This document shows, piece after piece, positions 51,363-61,368 of a stretch of DNA of 64,000 nt (the stretch's first letter is position 1; each line of letters begins with the position of its first letter). The position numbers and the translations under genes are program-made. Location of the stretch: positions 160,001 through 224,000 of the forward strand of contig CAWDYC010000005.1 of assembly GCA_963806535.1 (NCBI GenBank), given 5' to 3'. Under the pieces are notes generated by a model. The model saw only the letters and a program-made list of their open reading frames with translations. It did not search any database and was not told the DNA's origin. This DNA is from Candidatus Bathyarchaeota archaeon (lineage in GTDB: Archaea; Thermoproteota; Bathyarchaeia; Bathyarchaeales; Bathycorpusculaceae).

Positions 51363-52433
51363 TTAACGAGAGGTTTCCAGCGAGTAGGGTCCGATCGTAA
51401 GCCTCTCAGCACCTTGCTGAGTTACTAGAACAGTGTCTTCAATTCTGACTCCGCCATATCCTGGGAGATAAATTCCAGGCTCATCTGTCACCAAATTGCC
51501 TGGGGTTAAAATGTCTTTGCTGTCAGGGCTCAGTATAGGTGCTTCATGAATTTCCAAGCCTACCCCATGTCCAAGGTTATGAACAAAATACTCGCCAAAA
51601 CCTGTCGCTTCAATTACATTCCTTGCTGCAGCATCAACCTCTTTTGCCTGAACGTTAGGTTTTATGGTTTCAAAGGCCTTTTGCTGTGATAGCTTCACAG
51701 TCTCATAGATTCTTTTTTGCTTTTCAGAAGCCCTTCCAGCTATGAAGGTTCGAGTCATGTCAGAGCGGTAAAACTTGTAGGTTGCCCCTATATCCACCAC
51801 AACCAAATCGCCATTCTTTATTGTTCGGTCTGAACAGGAACCATGAGGAAACGCTGAGCTCGCACCTGAAGCAATTATTGTTTCAAAAGCCGTTCCGTCT
51901 GACCCCTTTTTGCGCATTGCATATTCAACTTCAGCTGCTATGTCCTTTTCTTTCATGTCAGGAAGGATGGTTTGGGCCGCCACTTTCATACCGATATTTG
52001 TTAATTTGCATGCTTTGCGGATGAGCTGGATTTCCTCCTGGTCTTTCACTTTTCTCAATTCACGAATAAAGTTGTTGGCGGGCTTAAGTTTTTCTTCTCC
52101 GCCGAATATTTTGGCTAATGTTTGCCAAAATTCAATTGAAACTGAATCAACTGCCAGTTTGGTCGTTTTTTTGGGTACTTCATAGTTTGAAATTTTTTCT
52201 ACTAAATTTTCACCGCGTTTAAGGAGTTCCACAATCAAACCGCTTGTTTCTGCTTTTGCTTGCTCATAGTTAACGGCTGAAACATAAAGGATGCTTTCGC
52301 CTTGATCAGGAATTAGAAGCGCTGTCGCTCCGGCAAAGTCTGTGAAGTAAGTTAAGTTGGAACCGTTAAAAATTAGAAAACTATCAAATTTCTCTTTAAC
52401 CATTTTTTGCTGAAGGCAACTTATTCGGTTCAT
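51363..52433 (-). CDS. Xaa-Pro aminopeptidase (M24B)
   Basis: FPHG, DIGA..YRSDMTRT, HNLGHGVGLEIHE, EPGIY..GVRIED. Confidence 0.93.
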   Translation of the reverse strand: MNRISCLQQKMVKEKFDSFLIFNGSNLTYFTDFAGATALLIPDQGESILYVSAVNYEQAKAETSGLIVELLKRGENLVEKISNYEVPKKTTKLAVDSVSIEFWQTLAKIFGGEEKLKPANNFIRELRKVKDQEEIQLIRKACKLTNIGMKVAAQTILPDMKEKDIAAEVEYAMRKKGSDGTAFETIIASGASSAFPHGSCSDRTIKNGDLVVVDIGATYKFYRSDMTRTFIAGRASEKQKRIYETVKLSQQKAFETIKPNVQAKEVDAAARNVIEATGFGEYFVHNLGHGVGLEIHEAPILSPDSKDILTPGNLVTDEPGIYLPGYGGVRIEDTVLVTQQGAERLTIGPYSLETSR

Positions 52434-52610
52434 GGAGTTCGCCTGCTTACCAAAGGGAAATGTTTTGGTAGGTTTAAATTTTCGCTTCTTTCTTGCGTTA
52501 TGTAATTAAAAACAAGTCGTTTTTAGTCGAGAATTTTTAGATGAATTAGCCATTAACTTAATATACGGTTTAGATGACTTCCATAATCAACGATTTGAGG
52601 GGAAAAAAGC

Positions 52611-54500
52611 ATGTTCTCTTATGCTGGAAAAATTTTACATGTTAACCTCACAACAGGCGAAACAAAGACAGAGCCATTATCAGAAGATATGGCTAAAAGT
52701 TACATTGGCGGCATAGGGTTAGGCATACGTCTTCTCATGGACAATTCAAAACCAGGCACAGATGCCTTTGACCCAGATAACCCATTGATTTATTGCACTG
52801 GTCCACTAAGTGGCACCATGGGTCCAACCGCAGGAAACGGCTACGCTGTTGTTTCTAAATCGCCAGCCACAGGCGGAGTAGGTGAAGGAAAAGCACACGG
52901 GTTCTTCGGTCCAGACCTTAAACGTGCAGGATACGACGCAGTCGTCATCAAGGGCAAAGCACCAAAATTATCTTACCTTTGGATTGACGATGACAAAGTT
53001 GAAGTCCGAGACGCAACGTACCTTAAAGGCGCAACCGTTAACGACACAGATAACAAAATCCGAGATGAACTCGGCGACTTTTACATTCGTGTTTCAGCCA
53101 TCGGCGAAGCAGGAGAAAAACTTTGCAGGTTTGCAGCCATAATAAATGACGAGTTCCGCGCTATCGGAAGAAGCGGCATGGGCGGAGTTATGGGCTCAAA
53201 AAACCTCAAAGCAGTTGCTGTCCGTGGAACGCATGACGTTAACGTAGCAAACCTTGAAGGATTCAAAGAATTTATCAAAATGATCCATGAACGCATGAAG
53301 GGTCCAGCAACCAAAAAATACAAGACCTTGGGAACACCCGAAAACGTTTTGGTGCTTAATTCACTCTCAGCCTTAGCCACAAGAAACTGGACTAACGCAA
53401 CTTTTGAAGGAGCAGACAAAGTCAGCGGCGAATACTTAAACGAGCATTATGTAAAGAAAATTGTGGGTTGCGCAACCTGCGGAATGCGTTGCGACCATAT
53501 TGCTGTGGTTCCAGAAGGACCATACAAGGGCTCAACTTCAAGGCTTGAGTTCGAATGCCTTTGGAGCATGGGACCACTTTGTGGTGTTGACCGATTAGAT
53601 GCAGTTATTGAAGCAATGCGAATCGTCAATGAGTACGGAATGGACGGCATTTCCATTGGCGTCGTTGTTGCATTTGCGATGGATCTCTATGAACATGGCA
53701 TAATAACAAAAGAACAAACTGATGGAATCGACCTTCGCTTCGGAAATGCCGAAGCCTTAATCGCCATGATACATAAAATTGGCAAACGTGAAGGCTGGCT
53801 TGGCAACATCCTTGCTGAAGGAGTAGCTAAAGCTGCTGAATTAATCGGCGGAGACGCATACAAATACGCTTGCCACATCAAAGGCTTAGAACTGCCTGGC
53901 TACGATTTGCGAACATTAAAGACTGCGGCGCTTGGCTTCAGCGTCAGCTTCCGCGGTGCGTGCCACCTAAGAAACGGAGCTTACTCACCAGACGTGAAAG
54001 GCAAAGTAAACCGTTTCAAAATTGAGAAAGGCAGGGGCAAAATGATTACTGATGAAAGTCTCATGTATAACATCATTGACTCACTTATAGTATGCAAATT
54101 CAGCAGAGGCACATACTACGACGGCTGGAAAGATCTATCTAACTACTACACTTTAGCCACAGGTATCCCAATTACAGTCGAAGAAATGGCCAAAGCCGGA
54201 GACAGAATCGAAAACTTAGCCAGGCTCTTCAACATTCGAGAAGGCAAAGGCACACGCAAATACGACGACGTACCATACAAGATAAAGAATTTTCCAGTAC
54301 CTGATGAGGGACCAGCCAAAGGCGTTTGTGTCAGTGATGAAGAAATGGCTGTAGGCTTAGATGACTATTACGCTTCAAGAGGATGGACAGTTGAAGGCAT
54401 TCCAACAATTGAGCGCTTGCAACAAGTAGGTTTGGGCGAATTAGCATACATCGCAGAGAACGCAATGAAAGCTGAAGCAATGGTTCAAGGAGGAAACTAA
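52611..54500 (+). CDS. aor: Tungsten-type aldehyde:ferredoxin oxidoreductase family protein
   Basis: SKSPATG, GRSGMGGVMGSKNLKA, CATC..C, DGIS, KGLELPGYD, RGACH, C-terminal YY..RGW..G.PT. Confidence 0.93.
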   Translation: MFSYAGKILHVNLTTGETKTEPLSEDMAKSYIGGIGLGIRLLMDNSKPGTDAFDPDNPLIYCTGPLSGTMGPTAGNGYAVVSKSPATGGVGEGKAHGFFGPDLKRAGYDAVVIKGKAPKLSYLWIDDDKVEVRDATYLKGATVNDTDNKIRDELGDFYIRVSAIGEAGEKLCRFAAIINDEFRAIGRSGMGGVMGSKNLKAVAVRGTHDVNVANLEGFKEFIKMIHERMKGPATKKYKTLGTPENVLVLNSLSALATRNWTNATFEGADKVSGEYLNEHYVKKIVGCATCGMRCDHIAVVPEGPYKGSTSRLEFECLWSMGPLCGVDRLDAVIEAMRIVNEYGMDGISIGVVVAFAMDLYEHGIITKEQTDGIDLRFGNAEALIAMIHKIGKREGWLGNILAEGVAKAAELIGGDAYKYACHIKGLELPGYDLRTLKTAALGFSVSFRGACHLRNGAYSPDVKGKVNRFKIEKGRGKMITDESLMYNIIDSLIVCKFSRGTYYDGWKDLSNYYTLATGIPITVEEMAKAGDRIENLARLFNIREGKGTRKYDDVPYKIKNFPVPDEGPAKGVCVSDEEMAVGLDDYYASRGWTVEGIPTIERLQQVGLGELAYIAENAMKAEAMVQGGN

Positions 54501-54501
54501 A

Positions 54502-55014
54502 TTGGTGCGACCACAAGACAGAAAATTCGTAACGGCCGACCCCGAGAAATGTATTGGCTGCTGTGTTTGCGAATATGCTTGCAGCATGGTGAACGAGAAA
54601 ACCTTCAATCCTACTAAATCACGCATTCGCGCAATGCGCATGGGACCGCTAGTAAACTTGGCTATTACTTGCCGCCACTGCGAAGAACCAGCTTGCGTCG
54701 CTGCATGCCCAAGAGATGCACTTACTCAGGAAGAGAATAGCGGCATTATCCGTGTCGACGAACAAGCTTGTAACGGCTGCGGATGGTGCATAAGCGCATG
54801 CCAATTTGGCGCAATGAACATGCATCCAGAAAAGAAAATCGTGTTCACCTGCAACAGCTGCACAGACAACGAGACAAAAGAACCACAATGCGTCAAATGG
54901 TGCCCTGAAGAAGCATTAAGCTACGTTAGCGCAGAAACACTATCACAAAAGTACCGGCAGAAAGCTGTTAAGAACTTGTTCCAAACAGCAGAAGCCGAAG
55001 CCAAATCAAAATAA
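54502..55014 (+). CDS. 4x[4Fe-4S] (DmsB/HydN-like) ferredoxin subunit of AOR
   Basis: CIGCCVCEYAC, CRHCEEPACVAACP, CNGCGWCISAC, CNSC..CVKWCP. Confidence 0.9.
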   Translation: MVRPQDRKFVTADPEKCIGCCVCEYACSMVNEKTFNPTKSRIRAMRMGPLVNLAITCRHCEEPACVAACPRDALTQEENSGIIRVDEQACNGCGWCISACQFGAMNMHPEKKIVFTCNSCTDNETKEPQCVKWCPEEALSYVSAETLSQKYRQKAVKNLFQTAEAEAKSK

Positions 55015-55080
55015 ATAAAAACACTTAATAGCGCTTTTTTTAGCGCAAGTTCTTAATTTTTTTTGTTTTCATTTCGGAAT

Positions 55081-57147
55081 TTAATTTGTTTTAGCTATGG
55101 CACCTTTAGTGTACGGTACAAACTCTCTAATTTGCTCAATCGAAGTTTTCCCAGCTTTTTCCCGCTGCTCTTTTGAAAGCTTAAACGTTAATGACTTGAG
55201 AATTTGTTTCAAAAGATCTTTCCCTTGAGTGTCCCCCGGCGATAAGACTACAAATGCTTTGGTTTTTGCTTTGACTGCATCCACGGGTCCACCGACATAA
55301 CTTGCTTCTTCAGAGACAATTATCCCAACAGCCGTTTTAAGAGGCACATTTCGCGTCCAATTCCGTTTGCCGACAACGGCAAAAGCGCCGTGGGGAACAG
55401 ATTCGCCTGAAGGCCCACTCTTGCTTAGCTGATCAACTTTAACCCAGTAAACATCCGCTGAACCAGCATTTTCACGCCAAGCCCGCGAAAAAGACGCCGC
55501 AAACTCTCCAGCTTCATGAAGCGTCTGGTCACTTATCGTTTTGCCCTCAGCTTTAACAACGACAAACGGCGCACCTGAAATTTCAGCATGAAAAACCACA
55601 TCCTCCTGGGCAGCGTACTTCTTAACAAGCACTTCGTTGCTCACTGTATCTTTGCCAGCGACCACCAAGAAACCGTCAGAAGAGGTAAACCAATGGAACT
55701 TTTCAAACCACTCCTTATTCTCCATCTCAACCTTTCGTTTCGAGAGAGCTTCCATAATTTCCGCTGGCTTAAGGTTCTTCAAGGCTTCAGCATCGCTTAG
55801 CTCTTTCTCGATTTTTGCTAATTTTTTCCGTGAATCCTCCAACGCAGTTAATGCGCCATCAGATTTCTGTTTGGCTTTTTTGCCGCGATCATAATATTCT
55901 GCTGCATTATCAAAAAGGGAATTCCTCAAAGCGAAGCTAAAATGAAAGTTGTCCATAAAGAGGTTTAATGCAAGGTTTTTGCCGTCAAACCCTTCGATGT
56001 ACGCTTCAGGTATTTTTCCTGTTTTCTTTGCAACTAACGCATCTGCGATTACAGTGTTCCAATCTTTGCCTTGTTGATTGGCTTTTAGGAGTTTTTCTTG
56101 GAATGTTTGGAGTTCGCTATAGTGAGCATAGATGGTGTCGCCGATTAGTTTGTCACGTTCAGCTTTAGCTTCATCCTCATGAATGGATTTTTCCTGTTCA
56201 GCCACGACACGTCGCAGCCGTTCAGCCTCTCTTTTTAACTTGTCAACTTCAACACGGTCAATCGCCCTTTCAGCAACAGTTACTCTCAGGTAAAACTCAT
56301 CTAAAGCCTGATTAAACGAATCGTAAATTTGTGTTTTGAAGCCTTCATAACGCTTAAGCTTGAGAGGTACAACATCCAAGAAATCGCCGTCTTCACCCAG
56401 AACAATGCATGGCTCCAAATGCTTACTTGAAATAGGCAAAAGCAAATCTTGAAGCGACCCAAAAATGCCCTCAATTTCACCTTTTGATATGGTGTTGGCT
56501 GCTTTAGTTTTTTCTACTTTGGCCCTGAGAAGGATTTCTTCAGCGTAAACTCCGCCCACACCCAAGAAACGAGCTATTGACCTAACAACTTCAGTTTCTC
56601 CTGCGTTTTTTAGGTTTTCTTCCAACTCAATTTGGGTTACTCTAAAAGGGTTTTTGCTGATTGATGGCGGAAGCTGAAGAACTACATTGTGAAGGATGTC
56701 ACGGTCACGCATTTTTTTGAAAGCCAAAGCGTGAATGATCACATTTTGTTCGTTTGTTAATATGATGTTGCCTTCACCGAAAAGCTCTACAACAAGCTTT
56801 AACAAACCAGTTTTTGTGCGGAAGCCAACAGTTACTATCCTTTCAAACTCATACTGATCAATCCCAGCCACCCAAGCGCTACGTAAATATTTTCTCAGAG
56901 CCATACAGAATGCTGGTGGTTCAGACGGGTTTTCTTCAGCATAACTAGTGGCGTGTAATCTTCGGCCTGCTTCAATAACTAATCTAATCGGTGGAGTGTC
57001 TGTCTTGTGGAGCTTAAACACTAAGGTTTTTTCATCAAGTTGGTAGATATTGTTCACTCTGGAATCTGCGATTACCCCTTTTAGTTCTTGGATTGCCGCG
57101 GCAATATCAAAGCTAGAGAAGTCTTTTTTTTGCAATACACCCATCAA
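55081..57147 (-). CDS. rqcH: Archaeal RqcH / NEMF (NFACT) ribosome quality-control protein
   Basis: FCMALRKYL..FERIV..ELFGEGNIIL; WFEKFHWF.SSDGFLVVAGKD..NE. Confidence 0.92.
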   Translation of the reverse strand: MMGVLQKKDFSSFDIAAAIQELKGVIADSRVNNIYQLDEKTLVFKLHKTDTPPIRLVIEAGRRLHATSYAEENPSEPPAFCMALRKYLRSAWVAGIDQYEFERIVTVGFRTKTGLLKLVVELFGEGNIILTNEQNVIIHALAFKKMRDRDILHNVVLQLPPSISKNPFRVTQIELEENLKNAGETEVVRSIARFLGVGGVYAEEILLRAKVEKTKAANTISKGEIEGIFGSLQDLLLPISSKHLEPCIVLGEDGDFLDVVPLKLKRYEGFKTQIYDSFNQALDEFYLRVTVAERAIDRVEVDKLKREAERLRRVVAEQEKSIHEDEAKAERDKLIGDTIYAHYSELQTFQEKLLKANQQGKDWNTVIADALVAKKTGKIPEAYIEGFDGKNLALNLFMDNFHFSFALRNSLFDNAAEYYDRGKKAKQKSDGALTALEDSRKKLAKIEKELSDAEALKNLKPAEIMEALSKRKVEMENKEWFEKFHWFTSSDGFLVVAGKDTVSNEVLVKKYAAQEDVVFHAEISGAPFVVVKAEGKTISDQTLHEAGEFAASFSRAWRENAGSADVYWVKVDQLSKSGPSGESVPHGAFAVVGKRNWTRNVPLKTAVGIIVSEEASYVGGPVDAVKAKTKAFVVLSPGDTQGKDLLKQILKSLTFKLSKEQREKAGKTSIEQIREFVPYTKGAIAKTN

Positions 57148-57309
57148 CTGTTGAAATCTATTAATGGAACTTGACTATAAAATAACCTTTCACTAGAAAA
57201 AGTGACAATTCAGATGGCGGTGGCTTTTTGGGAGCAGAAACGATTAATATCTAGGCATCTTTTTTAAGTAAGAACAAAAATATAGTCAACTCGAAGGATT
57301 AGATTCGAC

Positions 57310-57609
57310 ATGACACCAATAACGCAGCTTTACTGGATAAGAGTCATCTTAGGCATAATCTCAGGAGCAATAAGTGCAGTCTTAGTTATCTTACTAAATA
57401 CTCCAAAAGACATTACCTCTTTAGTCAACGGTTTTACAATAGCCCTAATACTGTACCTGGTAACTTACTACATTTTGAAAGCATCATTTAAGAATAAGAT
57501 CGAAAAACAAGGAAAAATATTAAGCACAGCAATAGCGATGTACTTTTTCTCCTGGCTATCATTCTTCGTACTGTTTTATACGATAATTTGGGTAGCTACA
57601 GGCCATTAA
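57310..57609 (+). CDS. Small 3-TM membrane protein, possibly EMC6-like
   Basis: LYWIRVILGIISG..GFTIALILY..YFFSWLSFFVLFYT pattern. Confidence 0.6.
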   Translation: MTPITQLYWIRVILGIISGAISAVLVILLNTPKDITSLVNGFTIALILYLVTYYILKASFKNKIEKQGKILSTAIAMYFFSWLSFFVLFYTIIWVATGH

Positions 57610-57618
57610 ACAAGTTTT

Positions 57619-58080
57619 TTATTCGTTTTCGTTTTTCTGGAAAAAATTAGCGATTGTAGCTTGACTCTTGTCACTTCTCACGGTCTCTATTTTTTCCTCT
57701 CCACTCGCCGCTTTCTCGATGCTGTTTTGTGGAGGTGCGATTTCCATGCGTGTTAAAATTCGCATGCAATCTGCCCATGCAGAGAAGTATCCTCGGTCAA
57801 AATCTCCATGTAAACCATTACGCATGTGATCAAGAAACTCTTTCCTGTAAGCGTGCAGATTTACTTTGTCACTTAAATCGAGCTTTGTAAAGAAAGCATA
57901 GTCATCATTGCTGTTTTTGCGTGAAAGATACATTCCGTATAAAGCTCGGAAGTATCCCCTGTTCCAATCGGTTTTCTGCATTTTCTGTTTGACTCTTTCC
58001 AACTCTCGTTCAGCTTCAGTGAATTGTCTGCTGACTATGAGTTGGAAATACCTTGCAACTAGGGCTTGTGGTATAGGCAT
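57619..58080 (-). CDS. Hypothetical helical protein directly downstream of radA
   Basis: Starts 2 nt after the radA stop; internal repeat (N/D)RGYF.A. Confidence 0.75.
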   Translation of the reverse strand: MPIPQALVARYFQLIVSRQFTEAERELERVKQKMQKTDWNRGYFRALYGMYLSRKNSNDDYAFFTKLDLSDKVNLHAYRKEFLDHMRNGLHGDFDRGYFSAWADCMRILTRMEIAPPQNSIEKAASGEEKIETVRSDKSQATIANFFQKNENE

Positions 58081-58082
58081 AT

Positions 58083-59162
58083 TTACCGTCGACTCTTGCT
58101 TGCTTTCTCAGCTTTCTCTTCTTCTGAGACATCCTCTATACCGTTCTCTGTTACTTTAATTATTTCCTCTCCCTCGGGCAAATAGGGGCTTGAAACTAGT
58201 CTTGCAATTCGTATAGGTCCATGAGGCGCTCTGCGGAGGTAGATGCGTGTGTGACTTGTGTGACCGACGATGTTACCGCCTATGGGGTGAATTGCGTCGC
58301 CGAAAAATTGGTCGGGTTTTGCCATTACTTGGTTAGTTACGACCGCCACAGCGTTGAATGCTCTAGCTAAAGCAATTAGTTTATGCATGTGTTTATTGAG
58401 TTTTTGCTGCCTTGAAGCCAACATTTCTCTTCCGAGATATTCACTTCGGAAATGCGCTGTTAACGAATCAACTATAATTAATTTGATGTTGTTTGCCTTA
58501 ATTATTTCGTCAGCGTTTTCAAGTAGGAACATTTGGTGATCTGAAGTGTACGCTTCAGCGTAAATGATGTTTTTAACTACTGTTTCAGGATCTAACCCTA
58601 AGAATTTAGCCATCTGCACTATACGTTCAAGCCTGAAAGTGTTTTCTGTATCCACATACAAAGCTCCCCCATTAAGTCCCCCTCTTTCAGGCGGAAGTTG
58701 AACGTTCACGCATAATTGATGGCACATCTGGCTTTTTCCACTGCCATATTCACCGTAAAATTCTGTTATGGTTTGTGTTTCTAAGCCGTCACCCACAACT
58801 TTGTCTAAGGCTTTGCTGCCTGTGCTTAGTCGCAGAACGTTTTTGCGCATTTTGAAAAGTTCATCTGCGCGGATGAAGGAAATGCCGATGGCTGATCGTG
58901 CTGCTTCAATAATTTGGAACGCCTTTTTTTCGCTTACCCCAACCGGTTCAAGTTCCCGCGAGGTAGCCATTGCTAAAGACTCGACAGTGTGGTAACCGAG
59001 TTCTCGGAGTTTCTGGGCCGTGGCGGGTCCAACGCCTGGAAGGTCTTCTATGAATTGGTATTTTTCCTTATTTAGTTCCATTTGTGTTTTTGGGGTTTCA
59101 GATTCTTGTCCTTCATCCTGTTCCCTTTGATTTTCAGCATCTTCTTCAGTCATTAATTCCAC
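58083..59162 (-). CDS. radA: DNA repair and recombination protein RadA
   Basis: DLPGVGP, GEYGSGKSQ, DTENTFR, RQQKLNKH, TNQV, GGNIVGH, SPYLPEGE. Confidence 0.97.
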   Translation of the reverse strand: MELMTEEDAENQREQDEGQESETPKTQMELNKEKYQFIEDLPGVGPATAQKLRELGYHTVESLAMATSRELEPVGVSEKKAFQIIEAARSAIGISFIRADELFKMRKNVLRLSTGSKALDKVVGDGLETQTITEFYGEYGSGKSQMCHQLCVNVQLPPERGGLNGGALYVDTENTFRLERIVQMAKFLGLDPETVVKNIIYAEAYTSDHQMFLLENADEIIKANNIKLIIVDSLTAHFRSEYLGREMLASRQQKLNKHMHKLIALARAFNAVAVVTNQVMAKPDQFFGDAIHPIGGNIVGHTSHTRIYLRRAPHGPIRIARLVSSPYLPEGEEIIKVTENGIEDVSEEEKAEKASKSRR

Positions 59163-59410
59163 ACTTTGATGATGATGTAATGTTTGGCATATTTAAAACA
59201 ACCGAAGAATGGGGGTTATCTACTGAGTGGAGGGGTGAGTGAAAGTGAACCCATGAGAAGTTATCTTTTCTAGGATAAAAAGGCTATAACCTGTTTGAGC
59301 GCAATATGGGATTCTATTTGGCTCATCTATTGAACCCTAGGATGCAGCGAGGGAGATAAAGAAGTAGACAGCAAGGAGAAACCAGAGCCCAAACCCGCAT
59401 TTGTAATTTT

Positions 59411-59475
59411 AGTAAAGAAATCTTGACTAAAAAAATTTGTTTAGTCAAGAAACCTTGACAAAAAATCTTTTATTG
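59411..59475 (+). promoter_or_regulatory. Tandem GTCAAG-N4-CTTGAC-like palindromes plus TATA-like element (copy 2)
   Basis: Boxes at 59412-59427 and 59444-59459; TTTTATTG at 59468-59475. Confidence 0.62.
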
Positions 59476-59506
59476 CTAAGACCAGCAAACAAAAAGTAGT
59501 GGAAAA

Positions 59507-59914
59507 ATGAAAAAAATTACGGCCGCAGCAATGCTCAGCATAATCTTAGTAACAGCTGCTCTCTTAATTTTTGCACCAAATAAAACCGCTGAAAAAACCA
59601 TTGTTTATGACAGCATGAACAATAAAACTGCGTTACAAGTTTCGCCATCTGTCCCAACAAGTAGCCCAACGGCAAATTTATCACAGACGCAACAACCAAC
59701 GTCTATCGAGGGGCTCCAAAAGATTCAGTTATCACACAATGAAAAAGCCCTGCCTTTACCTTCGCCATTTGTGGTTGCCGTCTTCATAATCGGTTCAGTC
59801 GCAGTATTCGGTTTGATTTTGTCGCTTTGCCTCAGAAAACGCAATAAGAGCAAAAACTCCGAAAGCTCTCATGCAACTCGAATTGCAACTTCTCACAGAA
59901 AATTAGAAGACTAA
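59507..59914 (+). CDS. Hypothetical membrane protein (signal + S/T/P linker + TM/basic tail)
   Basis: Two hydrophobic segments flanking a low-complexity linker. Confidence 0.65.
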   Translation: MKKITAAAMLSIILVTAALLIFAPNKTAEKTIVYDSMNNKTALQVSPSVPTSSPTANLSQTQQPTSIEGLQKIQLSHNEKALPLPSPFVVAVFIIGSVAVFGLILSLCLRKRNKSKNSESSHATRIATSHRKLED

Positions 59915-59947
59915 AATCAATTTTGATTTAAAATAAAAAAATGAAGG

Positions 59948-60229
59948 TTATTCTTTACATTCTTTGAGGCTGCGGAGTTCCTCCATTGTCTGATTCAAGA
60001 TTGCTTTGTCCTGATAAGACTCAATAGTGGAAACAGGTAAACAAACCACAACTTTCCCAAGTAATGGCCTCTTGAATCCCAAAAATCTAGTCGCTTCGTC
60101 AGTTAAGCCAATGTAAAAATTCTTTATTTGCCAGGTAGTCATGTCTAATTCAGCGCTTTCTACTTCGCCAAGGAGAACTGAATCAGATGTGTATGCTTTT
60201 TTCCAGAATAATCTGCTAATTTCAACCAT
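59948..60229 (-). CDS. PRC-barrel-like small protein
   Basis: SRLFWKKAYTSDSVLLGEV...LD..W.I...LPVSTI pattern. Confidence 0.7.
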   Translation of the reverse strand: MVEISRLFWKKAYTSDSVLLGEVESAELDMTTWQIKNFYIGLTDEATRFLGFKRPLLGKVVVCLPVSTIESYQDKAILNQTMEELRSLKECKE

Positions 60230-60337
60230 AACAAGACCTTGATAGTTATTTTATTAGCGCTTCTTATATTTGTTTTTCATTAATGAAGTTCAGAATCCTT
60301 TTTTAATATAAAAAACGTTAGTTGTAATTGGTAAATT

Positions 60338-60724
60338 ATGACTGCTTCTCAAAAAGAAACCGCTAAAAAGTTTACTCCAGAAGAGGAACGCATAATATCA
60401 GGCAAAGGCACTGAAACGCCCTTTACCGGCAAATATTTTGCTTTTTGGGAAAAAGGCACCTACGTTTGTAAGCGCTGCGGAGCAAAACTTTACCGTTCAG
60501 AAAATAAGTTTGAAGCAAACTGCGGTTGGCCAAGCTTTGATGAAGAAATTCCAGGCGCGGTTAAGCGGCTGCCTGACCCAGACGGGGTGCGGACTGAAAT
60601 TGAATGCGCTAACTGTGGGGCTCATTTAGGTCATGTTTTTGTGGGCGAGCATTTCACAGGAAAAGATACAAGGCATTGTGTGAATTCGATTTCGATGGAT
60701 TTTATTCCAGACAAAAAAGAATAA
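60338..60724 (+). CDS. msrB: Methionine-R-sulfoxide reductase
   Basis: GTE.PFTG, CKRCG, CGWPSF, RTEI.CANCGAHLGHVF, RHCVNS. Confidence 0.95.
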   Translation: MTASQKETAKKFTPEEERIISGKGTETPFTGKYFAFWEKGTYVCKRCGAKLYRSENKFEANCGWPSFDEEIPGAVKRLPDPDGVRTEIECANCGAHLGHVFVGEHFTGKDTRHCVNSISMDFIPDKKE

Positions 60725-61032
60725 GATGTGCGACCATTTTTTGGGTTGCTTTTTTGGTTTAGAGTTTGAATTGTTTTCTGACTGGTGTGAAAAACAGTTT
60801 TTTCTTTAATAGAAGAAGAAAGTCGGAAGTAGCAAGTTTGTTCTTCTTCTTCCTCGAAAACTCGATATTCAAACAAACCATTTCCTTAAGAGAAAAACAA
60901 CAGTCGCAGGGCAGCATATGTTGTTCTTCTACTCTTCTGCTTGTTGTTTTTTCTCTTCTGTTTGAGGTTTGACCAAAAGATAAAGAAAGGCGCCATATCT
61001 TCAATAAGTATTGTTTAAGGTGAAAAAGTTAG

Positions 61033-61368
61033 ATGTCGAAAAAGGTAGTAGGCACGTTAACAGCTAAAGTCTCCGACCTCGCGGGACTTATTGATTATCA
61101 GGAGGGCTCAGTGGTTAGCCGAACAATAATTGACAAGAAAACAGGCACTGTTACCTTATTTGCGTTTGATGAATACCAAGGTTTAAGCGAGCATACGGCA
61201 CCCTATGATGCAATGGTTTACGTTCTTGACGGCGAAGTTGAAATCATCATATCGGGCAAGCCACTCAGCCTCAAACAGGGAGAAATAACCATAATGCCAG
61301 GCAATCAACCCCATTCTTTAACTGCCAAAACAAAATTCAAAATGCTACTGACAATGATAAAAGCCTAA
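61033..61368 (+). CDS. Cupin-domain protein
   Basis: VVSRTI..TLFAFD..QGLSEHTAP..MPGNQPHSL. Confidence 0.9.
   Translation: MSKKVVGTLTAKVSDLAGLIDYQEGSVVSRTIIDKKTGTVTLFAFDEYQGLSEHTAPYDAMVYVLDGEVEIIISGKPLSLKQGEITIMPGNQPHSLTAKTKFKMLLTMIKA

Noticed and set aside
60631-61004. Three overlapping short ORFs between msrB and the cupin gene
   Set aside because: Low-complexity sequence with no motif support; I cannot choose one as real.
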